Positions 15,000 through 22,924 of a stretch of 27,038 nt of DNA are shown here, in pieces. The stretch's first letter is position 1; each line of letters starts with the position of its first letter. A program made the position numbers and the translations under genes. The DNA is from Candidatus Hydrogenedentota bacterium (GTDB lineage Bacteria > Hydrogenedentota > Hydrogenedentia > Hydrogenedentales > SLHB01): assembly GCA_034408725.1 (NCBI GenBank), contig JAWXCN010000191.1, forward strand, positions 1 to 27,038. Reading direction: 5' to 3'. Below the pieces are notes generated by a model. That model did not search any database. It was not told where the DNA came from and worked only from the letters and a program-made list of their open reading frames with translations.

Positions 15000-16721
15000 G
15001 TGCCACCAAAGATAGCGAAGCGGCGCCTGGGCGACGTACTGATTGAGCAGGAGCTCGTCACGCAGGAGCAGTTGCAGGAAGCGATCGTGCTTCAGCGGCA
15101 ATCCGGACTCAGCCTGGCGTCGATTCTCGTGTCGAAGAAATACCTGAGCGAGGAAGACCTCGTCATCACATTGAGCGAACAGCTCGGCATTCCGCACATC
15201 CGCGTGATGAACTACAACATTCCGCAAGAAGTGCTGAATGAAGTGCCGGAATCGCTCGCGCGCCAGTATCAAATGTTGCCGGTGTCGGTGACGGGCGACG
15301 TGCTTACACTTGCGATGGGTGATCCGCTGAATATCATGGCGCTCGATGATTTGCGCATGTTGACGAGTTATGAGATCGAGCCGGTGGTCGCGGTGCAATC
15401 CGAGTTGGTTGACGCCATCAATCGACATTACGGGGGTAAACAAAGCGATGCCCTGTACGACGAACTGATGGACGCCTCCAAACAGGATGGCGTGCAGGTT
15501 GTCGAGAAAAAGGACGAGATCGAAGATCTCGCGCACGCCCAGGCGGAAGCGCAGGACGGCCCTGTCATCCGGCTGGTCAATCTCATTCTCGTGGGCGCGC
15601 TTGAGAATCGCGCGAGCGACATCCATGTCGAGCCCTATGAGAAGTCGCTGCGGATTCGCTATCGCATTGACGGAATGTTGGAAGAGCAGAAAAACCCGCC
15701 AAAGAACGTACAATCCGCATTGATTTCGAGGTTGAAGATTATGTCGGGACTCGACATTGCCGAGCACCGGCTTCCGCAGGACGGACGATTCCGCATCAAG
15801 TTCCGGGGCCACGAGGTGGACTTTCGCGTGTCCATTCTTCCGTGTTACCACGGCGAGAAGGTCGTGATGCGCGTATTGGACAAAAGCTCGCTGTCGCTTG
15901 ATCTCGACACGCTGGGTTTCGCGGACCAACCGATGGACGCTTTCCGGGAGGCGCTTGCGCTCCCGTTTGGAATGATTCTTCTGACAGGCCCGACGGGTAG
16001 CGGTAAAACGACGACGTTGTACAGCGCGCTGCATAAATTGAACGGGCCCGACACGAACATTATCACCGTCGAAGACCCGGTTGAATATGAATTGTTTGGC
16101 GTGAACCAGGTGCAGGTGAAATCTGAAATCGGGTTATCGTTCGCAGCGGGGTTGCGCAGTATTTTGCGCCAGGACCCGGACGTCATAATGGTCGGTGAAA
16201 TTCGAGACGAGGAGACCGCGGACATTGCGATTAAGGCGGCGTTGACAGGCCACCTCGTGCTGAGCACGCTGCACACGAACGACGCGGCCAGCGTTTACAC
16301 ACGTTTGATCGACATGAACATGGAACCCTTCCTGGTGCAGTCGTCGGTGGGGCTTGCCGCGGCGCAGCGGCTGCTTCGGCGGGTTTGCGTGGAATGCAAA
16401 GAACCGATTCGCGTGCCCGAAGAAGTGCTCGAGCGGATACAGTTTCGCAATAATCCCGGTGGCCCTCCGCCACGCTTCGTGCGGGGACGCGGCTGTTCGA
16501 AGTGCAAGGATACCGGTTACCGGGGCCGGCTTGCGGTGATCGAAGCGATGCCGAACTATCCGGATTTGCAGGAACTCATCATGACGCGCTCGCCTTCAGC
16601 GGACATCAAGCGGACGGCGATTCAGTGCGGCATGGCGACATTGCGCCAAAACGCATTGGAGAAGGCGGCCGAAGGCGTGACGACAATCGAGGAAGTGCTG
16701 CGCGTATCGGCGGCGGACTAA
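15000..16721 (+). CDS. pilB: Type IV pilus assembly ATPase (PilB/GspE family)
   Basis: ASDIHVEP, RLPQDGR, GPTGSGKTTT, TVEDPVE, LRQDPDVIMVGEIRD, LSTLHTND, CVEC..CSKC zinc motif. Confidence 0.92.
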   Translation: MPPKIAKRRLGDVLIEQELVTQEQLQEAIVLQRQSGLSLASILVSKKYLSEEDLVITLSEQLGIPHIRVMNYNIPQEVLNEVPESLARQYQMLPVSVTGDVLTLAMGDPLNIMALDDLRMLTSYEIEPVVAVQSELVDAINRHYGGKQSDALYDELMDASKQDGVQVVEKKDEIEDLAHAQAEAQDGPVIRLVNLILVGALENRASDIHVEPYEKSLRIRYRIDGMLEEQKNPPKNVQSALISRLKIMSGLDIAEHRLPQDGRFRIKFRGHEVDFRVSILPCYHGEKVVMRVLDKSSLSLDLDTLGFADQPMDAFREALALPFGMILLTGPTGSGKTTTLYSALHKLNGPDTNIITVEDPVEYELFGVNQVQVKSEIGLSFAAGLRSILRQDPDVIMVGEIRDEETADIAIKAALTGHLVLSTLHTNDAASVYTRLIDMNMEPFLVQSSVGLAAAQRLLRRVCVECKEPIRVPEEVLERIQFRNNPGGPPPRFVRGRGCSKCKDTGYRGRLAVIEAMPNYPDLQELIMTRSPSADIKRTAIQCGMATLRQNALEKAAEGVTTIEEVLRVSAAD

Positions 16722-16805
16722 GCATCGAAGAACAACAGGCGAACGTCCATCGCGAAGATGGAGAACGCAACGGCGGCACGCCACGCGCATACTGGGGAGA
16801 GCGAG

Positions 16806-17879
16806 ATGGTTGAAATCAGCATTCGTGAATTGTTGCAGAAATTGACCGAGCAAGGGGGAAGCGATCTGCACATCGCGGTGGGAAGCCCGCCGGTCATCCG
16901 GTTGCACGGGCTTCTGGAGCCCATGAACGAATACCCACGCTTGACGCCCGAAGATTCCCAGGAAATTATCTATAGCGTGATGAACGAGGAACAGATCGCC
17001 TCGTTTGAAACCGAACGCGAACTGGACATGTCGTTTGGAATCGAGGGCCTCAGCCGGTTTCGCTTGAACGTCTATCGCGATCGGGGTTCTGTTGTGGCCG
17101 CGTTTCGCGCGATCCCTTTCGAGATTCGTTCGTGCGAAGAGTTGGGGTTGCCGAAAATCGTGGCGGACATGGCGTATCGCCCGCAGGGTTTGGTGCTGAT
17201 TTGTGGACCGACCGGTAGCGGAAAAACGACGACATTGGCGGCGATTCTGGACAAGATAAACCGGGAACGCCCGCTCCATATTATTACCATTGAAGACCCG
17301 ATTGAGTATTTACACCAGCACAACGTCGCCACGATCAACCAGCGTGAAGTGAACGCGGACACGAAGTCGTTCGCAGCGGCATTGAAACGGGTGTTACGGC
17401 AGGACCCCGACGTCATCCTCATCGGTGAAATGCGCGACCAGGAAACGATCTCGGCGGCTATCACCGTGGCGGAAACGGGTCACCTGGCGTTCGCGACGCT
17501 GCACACCAACGACGCGCTGCAAACGATTAACCGTATTGTCGACGTGTTTCCACCCAACCAGCAGGACCAGGTTCGAACGCAGTTGTCGTTCGTGCTCGAG
17601 GGCATTTGCGTGCAGCAACTGATTCCACGGTCAGACGGAATGGGCCGCGCGATGGCGCTTGAAGTGATGATTCCGAATACGGCAATCCGGTCTCTAATCC
17701 GCGAGCAAAAACTCCAGCAGATTCCCTCGATGATCGAGATCGGGACCGGCGAGGGCATGATGACCATGAACCAATCGCTATTCCGGTTGGTGAAACGCAA
17801 CGTAATAACGATGGACATGGCGTTCAAACGCAGTTCCGATCCCGAAGGGCTGCGCCGGTTGCTGGAAAAGGGATTGTGA
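16806..17879 (+). CDS. pilT: Type IV pilus retraction ATPase
   Basis: GSDLHI, GPTGSGKTTT, TIEDPIE, LRQDPDVILIGEMRD, ATLHTN, AIRSLIRE; GGGGAG before ATG 16806 (alternative start 16758). Confidence 0.93.
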   Translation: MVEISIRELLQKLTEQGGSDLHIAVGSPPVIRLHGLLEPMNEYPRLTPEDSQEIIYSVMNEEQIASFETERELDMSFGIEGLSRFRLNVYRDRGSVVAAFRAIPFEIRSCEELGLPKIVADMAYRPQGLVLICGPTGSGKTTTLAAILDKINRERPLHIITIEDPIEYLHQHNVATINQREVNADTKSFAAALKRVLRQDPDVILIGEMRDQETISAAITVAETGHLAFATLHTNDALQTINRIVDVFPPNQQDQVRTQLSFVLEGICVQQLIPRSDGMGRAMALEVMIPNTAIRSLIREQKLQQIPSMIEIGTGEGMMTMNQSLFRLVKRNVITMDMAFKRSSDPEGLRRLLEKGL

Positions 17880-19492
17880 GTGCACCGCCTTCCTCCCACG
17901 CCGCGCGCGGGGGCGTGGTCGCCGGCCCAGCCTGGCAACCCGCCACGGGCATTATCCGGCTCGCGCTGTTGTGCGTGTTCGCGATCGGAACGTTTCTCAT
18001 CCATGACTATGAGCAGACCGAACAGGCATATCTGTTCGCATTCTACTGCTTCGGGTTTGCGAGCACTCTTGGCCATTTGATTGCGACGCGGCGGGGCAAT
18101 CCCGCGCGCCCCTTGTTGACGTGGGCGCAGGTACTTGTCGATTTCAGCGTAATCGCGGCAACGGTAAGTTTCACTGGCGGAGCGCAAAGCCATTTTGCAT
18201 TCCTGTTTGTCATCGCGATTCTCGAGGCGGGAATTCTGCTGGGAGTTTTACAAGGATTTCTCGTCGCGACGCTTGCGGTGTGCGTCATGGCGGTGCTGGT
18301 GCTCACGTCACATCCCCCTACGTGGGCGGCACGGGGTTATGACGAAACCACGGTGACGGCGTGGTACGGCTTTCTCGTGCAGGCGCTTGCCTATTATTTG
18401 ACCGCGGCGATTTCGGGATACTGGAACCAGCAACTGCACCGCCAACAACAGTTTCAACGCGAAATTCTCGATAACATGAACAACGGGTTCATCATTGTTG
18501 ACCTCGGGGGAATTGTGACGGTGGCGAACAAGGCGGCCGAGCGGATTCTAAACATCAGCGAAGCCGAGGCGCTGGGCAGGCCCGTGCAGGAAATTTTGCG
18601 CGTGGCTTCTGGAGAGGAATGCCCCGTCGTGACGGCGATTCGGGCCGAACGCGATTTTACGCGGTACGAGTATATTGGACTTGTATTTCCGCACAACGCG
18701 AAACTGCTTGGCTTGAGCACGAGCCGCATTTTTGACTGGCGTAAGCGTCTGACGGGAATCATTGCGTCGTTCAGCGATCTCACCGAACTTGAACAAATGC
18801 GCGACGAGGTGACGCGGCACGACCGGCTGTCGGTGACCGGCGAGCTTGCGGCGGGGCTCGCGCATGAAATTCGCAATCCGGTCGCGGCGATACGCGGGGC
18901 GGTGGACGAACTGATGGACAGCCTAGACAAGCCGCTGTTGGTCACTAAACTGGCGACTATCGCGATGCGCGAATCGGACCAGTTGAACGCGATCGTTTCC
19001 GACTTCCTGGATTTCGCGCGCAAACCGCGCGTGCGACAGGACGTGTTTGATGTGTGCGGCCTAGTCAAGGAGGTCGTTGATGGGACCGAACGGAAATACG
19101 CGGACGCCGCGAGTCTGCGCGTGACGGCATTGACGCCGGACGCGATGTTCCCCGTGTCCGGTGATCGCACGCAGATTCGGCAGGTATTTGTGAACCTTGC
19201 GAAGAACGCCGTTGAAGCGATGCACGAGCAGGGGACGCTGAACGTTTCGGTGCAACCGGGCGCGACATTTGTGGAAGTGCGGTTCGATGACGAAGGCCCC
19301 GGCATCGAACCCGACAAGGTTGCGCGCATTTTTGAGCCTTTTTATACTACCAAAGAACATGGCGTCGGCATGGGATTGGCCATTTGTCTGCGCATTATCA
19401 CGGCACACGATGGCACCATCCGCGCCGAATCACGCGAAGGGGGAGGCGCGTCAATGAGCGTGCGCCTGCCGCTGGTCCGCACCGAGGAGTAA
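17876..19492 (+). CDS. pilS: PilS-like membrane sensor histidine kinase with PAS domain
   Basis: About 6 TM helices, PAS, H-box LAHEIRNP, N-box NLAKNA, DEGPGI, FEPFYTTK, GVGMGL; GTGA overlap with pilT; symbol rests partly on synteny. Confidence 0.82.
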   Translation: MSAPPSSHAARGGVVAGPAWQPATGIIRLALLCVFAIGTFLIHDYEQTEQAYLFAFYCFGFASTLGHLIATRRGNPARPLLTWAQVLVDFSVIAATVSFTGGAQSHFAFLFVIAILEAGILLGVLQGFLVATLAVCVMAVLVLTSHPPTWAARGYDETTVTAWYGFLVQALAYYLTAAISGYWNQQLHRQQQFQREILDNMNNGFIIVDLGGIVTVANKAAERILNISEAEALGRPVQEILRVASGEECPVVTAIRAERDFTRYEYIGLVFPHNAKLLGLSTSRIFDWRKRLTGIIASFSDLTELEQMRDEVTRHDRLSVTGELAAGLAHEIRNPVAAIRGAVDELMDSLDKPLLVTKLATIAMRESDQLNAIVSDFLDFARKPRVRQDVFDVCGLVKEVVDGTERKYADAASLRVTALTPDAMFPVSGDRTQIRQVFVNLAKNAVEAMHEQGTLNVSVQPGATFVEVRFDDEGPGIEPDKVARIFEPFYTTKEHGVGMGLAICLRIITAHDGTIRAESREGGGASMSVRLPLVRTEE

Positions 19493-19498
19493 CCCGCC

Positions 19499-20887
19499 GT
19501 GGCACTGCACCAACGCGTTCTGGTTGTTGACGACGAATCGAGCATGCGCGAATTGCTCGAGATCGTATTGTCGAAGGACGGCTATGAAATCGTGACTGCA
19601 TCGAACGTGACCGATGCAATCGCGGTGCTATCCAAAGAAGCTTTCGATGTTGTGCTGACCGACTTGCGCATGGGGACCGAACGCAACGCGGGGATGACGC
19701 TTCTGGAATGGATTAACGAAAACAGCGCGACCACTCCCGCGCTCATGATGACCGCGTATGGCAGCGTGGAAACCGCGATTGAAGCGATGAAACGCGGTGC
19801 TGTCGATTACATCATGAAACCGTTCAAGAACGAAGAAGTGCGAATGCAGGTGCAGCGCGCGATCGAGCAGCGCAACCTGAAGCGGGAAAACGTGGCGCTC
19901 AGAAAAGACCAGGCGAGCCGGGGCAAACTGGACAATATGGTCGGTAAAAGCAAACCGATCGAAGAACTGCGCGACATGATTCGCAGGGTTTCCAACCTGC
20001 CGAGCACCGTGGCCATTCACGGTGAAAGCGGCACGGGCAAGGAACTGGTCGCGCGCGGAATCCACACGTTGAGCGCGCGCTCGTCAAAACCGTTTGTTGC
20101 GGTGAACTGCGGGGGCTTTCCAGAAAACCTATTGGAAAGCGAGTTGTTCGGGCACAAGAAGGGATCGTTCACCGGCGCGTACGATGACAAGGAGGGGCTG
20201 TTTGTCGTGGCCGATGGTGGCACGATGTTTCTTGACGAAGTTGGCGAAATGCCGCTGTCGCTCCAGGTGAAGCTGCTGCGCGTGCTGGACAACAACATCG
20301 TTTTTCCGGTCGGCGGCACACAAGGCATCAAGGTAGACGTGCGGATCATTTCCGCGACGAACCGAAAGCTGGACCAGATGGTGAAAGACAGCACATTCCG
20401 CGAAGACCTGTTCTACCGCCTTAACGTAATTCCCATCCAGGTGCCCTCCCTGCGAGAACGCCCGGACGACATTCCACTGCTGATCCGGACGTTTGTGGCG
20501 GCGCACGCCGCGAAAATGGGGCGCGGCGCCATTCAAATTGCGCCCGAAACGGAAGCTGCCTTACAAGCTTTCACTTGGCCGGGAAACGTGCGCGAGCTGA
20601 TGAACGTCCTCGAACGCGCTGTCGCTTTGTGCCACAACGACCGGCTTGAAATCACCGACTTGCCAACATACATTCGCGAGCATGTTGGCGCGCCAGCGGC
20701 GCTGATGCCCGCGGTGCCCTCCAGTGGGTTCGATCTCGAAAAATATGTGGCCGAGATCGAGACGACGCTTATCCAGCAGGCATTGCAGAACACGAAGTAC
20801 TCGCAAAAACGCGCTGCGGGCTTGTTGGGGTTGACCGCGCGATCATTACGATACCGGCTGAAAAAGTACGGCATGGAAAGCGATTAG
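19499..20887 (+). CDS. pilR: PilR/NtrC-family sigma54-dependent response regulator
   Basis: Receiver VVDDE..TDLRM..KPF; GESGTGKELVA, ESELFGHKKGSFTGA, FLDEVGE, WPGNVREL; Fis-type HTH ending RSLRYRLKK. Confidence 0.85.
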   Translation: MALHQRVLVVDDESSMRELLEIVLSKDGYEIVTASNVTDAIAVLSKEAFDVVLTDLRMGTERNAGMTLLEWINENSATTPALMMTAYGSVETAIEAMKRGAVDYIMKPFKNEEVRMQVQRAIEQRNLKRENVALRKDQASRGKLDNMVGKSKPIEELRDMIRRVSNLPSTVAIHGESGTGKELVARGIHTLSARSSKPFVAVNCGGFPENLLESELFGHKKGSFTGAYDDKEGLFVVADGGTMFLDEVGEMPLSLQVKLLRVLDNNIVFPVGGTQGIKVDVRIISATNRKLDQMVKDSTFREDLFYRLNVIPIQVPSLRERPDDIPLLIRTFVAAHAAKMGRGAIQIAPETEAALQAFTWPGNVRELMNVLERAVALCHNDRLEITDLPTYIREHVGAPAALMPAVPSSGFDLEKYVAEIETTLIQQALQNTKYSQKRAAGLLGLTARSLRYRLKKYGMESD

Positions 20888-20977
20888 CGCAGACAACCGT
20901 TACGACGACAAGTTGATTGGCGATACTGATTTGACTGCTCGGCGGTTCTTGGTACGCCTTCCGCTCCGCCGGAAGCG

Positions 20978-21006
20978 AAAGCGGTAGCGGCTTCTACCGC
21001 AGTCCA
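20978..21006 (+). repeat. Second, half copy of the REP-like element
   Basis: AAAGCGGTAG-CGGCTT-CTACCGC-AGTCCA compared with AAAGCGGTAG-CTACCG-CTACCGC-ACCCCA at 2284-2312. Confidence 0.6.
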
Positions 21007-21057
21007 TATTCTGCGATAAATACTGACGTGGTCCGTGAATGCGGCGTTTCGCGCGGT

Positions 21058-21087
21058 TGGACAGGTTGCCTGACCGTTTGTTAGACT
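21058..21087 (+). promoter_or_regulatory. Putative sigma70 promoter for tRNA-Pro
   Basis: TGGACA (21058-21063), 18 nt, TAGACT (21082-21087) with TGn extension. Confidence 0.4.
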
Positions 21088-21112
21088 TCGTTGTACCAGC
21101 ACATTTTCCGGT

Positions 21113-21191
21113 CGGGGCGTAGCGCAGTCCGGTTTAGCGCACTTGCCTGGGGGGCAAGGGGTCGCTGGTTCGAATCCAGTCGCCCCGACCA
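21113..21191 (+). tRNA. tRNA-Pro(GGG)
   Basis: Acceptor CGGGGCG/CGCCCCG plus ACCA; D-arm GCGC/GCGC; anticodon stem CTTGC/GCAAG with GGG at 21149-21151; T-loop TTCGAAT. Confidence 0.97.
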
Positions 21192-22756
21192 TTTTTCATT
21201 TCTGCCACGGGTGGACAATCGTTGTAAACGCTTGCACATGCAGGCATTTCGCGCTTGGTCTCACGCTTTCCCGCGTCGCGTTGTACAGGGGCACTTCTGC
21301 TAGTAATTGACTCTAAACGTATAGAATTGCCGGGAGTTGGTGTAATATTTGGTGTAATAGAATCAGCGGCGACTGCCTCGGCAATCTTCTCTTCGTCGTC
21401 CGCGGGCAAGTCCGGCAATCTCGTAACTGCGGCGAATCCGTCGACCACACCGAGGTGCGTATATACGTTCGCCGTGATTTTGGGATCTGAATGGCGCATT
21501 AGCGCCTGAGTCTGCTGCAGCGGAACTCCAGCCCTCGCCAACATCGTCCCAAACGTGTGGCGCAATGCGTGCACGTCTACCGTCCTGCCATTGGAATCGC
21601 GCTTAGCGATACCAGCAAACTTAATGTCGAGGTCGAAAACCCGCGTCAACTTTTCCGGTAAGGTGAATAGCCGTACTTGGGGGTCCAACGTGACTGGAAT
21701 CGGTGCTTTATTATTGGAGGCGGTTGTCCTCGCGCTTTTAAGTTTGACATCGAGATATTCACGCAAGGCACAAATCAAGTCCACCCGTAGAGGAATGTGC
21801 GCACCTCGTCTGGCTTTCTCATTGGCAGCGCGCAACTCGATGAAAGGCGACTCCACATCTAAATTCAACTGCCCCACCGTAATACTCCGAAGTTCTCCGT
21901 ATCGCATACCGGTATAGGCTAAGACACGGTAGACCAGTGCGCGCACTCTACCGGTTGTCGCCAGGTGTTCGGCCGTGGCAGGACTTAGTTTTGCTGACTT
22001 TGTTCCTCTGTTCCCGGTGCGTCGGCGGTCGAGTGGGCGCCGCTCGGCACTTTCAATAAGCGATTTGAGCTCAACGAGAGTCAGCGCCCGGCGTTGACGG
22101 ACGGGATCTATGCTTTCATTGAAGGTTACCACGCCGGCAAATGGGTTCGAATGTAGCCGGTTCATTGAGACCAGCCAATTGCAGAATGCCTTTGCGGCTT
22201 TAATTCGCGCGTTTACAGCTCGAGCTTTCTTGCCGTGATTGCGCAGACGTTCGATCCATTTATCCAAATCAGCGCGATCAAGGTCAGTCAGAACCATCCA
22301 ATCGCAATCATCCTTCATTGAAATGAGGTATTTGCCGCAGGCCTCAACGTGCCCGGCGGTCACGCCACGGACTCGTTGTGCCTTCTTGTATTCCTCAAAA
22401 AGCTCGGTCAATTGACGGGCACCCTGATTTGCCAGATTGCGCTCTCTAGGTGTCACGGCACCGATCCGTTGACGTTCCGCGTCACGCTCCAAGTCCGCCA
22501 ACACCGATCGCGCCGCGTCCATAGTCTTGCAGCCAGTCGGGCGTTCGACATAAATATTGTCGGGCCCACGAAATTTGGCGTAGTAGTAGGCGCACTCATG
22601 AATCAGCTTCCATTTTTCGGCTACCAACTTGGCGGGCTTACGGTGAGTCTTTCCCGCGGCATCGGACCAAACGGCAAATGCTTGTCCCTTATGTTCAGCG
22701 ATCTTTGCACCTGGCGGAAGCGCACGTGTGTTTCTTCGTCGAAATACACTACCCAT
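21134..22756 (-). CDS. int: Tyrosine recombinase (integrase); its C-terminal tail overlaps the att arm and the tRNA
   Basis: Catalytic residues in TGMRYGEL, EKARR, HALRH, MRHS, NVY; TAA stop at 21136-21134 lies inside the tRNA D-loop. Confidence 0.92.
   Translation of the reverse strand: MGSVFRRRNTRALPPGAKIAEHKGQAFAVWSDAAGKTHRKPAKLVAEKWKLIHECAYYYAKFRGPDNIYVERPTGCKTMDAARSVLADLERDAERQRIGAVTPRERNLANQGARQLTELFEEYKKAQRVRGVTAGHVEACGKYLISMKDDCDWMVLTDLDRADLDKWIERLRNHGKKARAVNARIKAAKAFCNWLVSMNRLHSNPFAGVVTFNESIDPVRQRRALTLVELKSLIESAERRPLDRRRTGNRGTKSAKLSPATAEHLATTGRVRALVYRVLAYTGMRYGELRSITVGQLNLDVESPFIELRAANEKARRGAHIPLRVDLICALREYLDVKLKSARTTASNNKAPIPVTLDPQVRLFTLPEKLTRVFDLDIKFAGIAKRDSNGRTVDVHALRHTFGTMLARAGVPLQQTQALMRHSDPKITANVYTHLGVVDGFAAVTRLPDLPADDEEKIAEAVAADSITPNITPTPGNSIRLESITSRSAPVQRDAGKRETKREMPACASVYNDCPPVAEMKNGRGDWIRTSDPLPPRQVR
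21337..21359. repeat. Direct repeat, putative integrase arm-type sites
   Basis: TTGGTGTAATA at 21337-21347 and 21349-21359, about 150 bp from the tRNA 3' end. Confidence 0.6.
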
Positions 22757-22851
22757 AACCCATTCACCCTTCTTTCAAAGATTAATAGGCCTAGCCTACT
22801 TTTTGACTTTCTTCGTTTGCAATTTTTTGGCTTGATGTCGGACTCGACGGC

Positions 22852-22924
22852 CGAAGATGTTCATGGGTCTCGAAGATGCTCATCACACTCATCTGGGCAC
22901 CTTCGACTCTTCTAATCATCTTCG
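22852..22924. repeat. Four iteron-like 12-mers in two facing pairs; putative element replication origin
   Basis: CGAAGATGTTCA (22852) and CGAAGATGCTCA (22871) on +; CGAAGGTGCCCA (22905-22894) and CGAAGATGATTA (22924-22913) on -; 19-bp period in both pairs; AT-rich tract adjacent. Confidence 0.6.

Noticed and set aside
14286-16034. Long antisense ORFs (582 aa here; also 6927-8012, 18454-19329, 23168-24430)
   Set aside because: Shadow frames opposite well-supported genes in GC-rich DNA, with no motifs.
6909-21191. Functional link between putA and tRNA-Pro
   Set aside because: More than 11 kb apart with unrelated genes between; coincidence.
20884-21192. 102-aa minus-strand ORF MVGATGFEPATPCPPG
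   Set aside because: Antisense translation of the tRNA gene.
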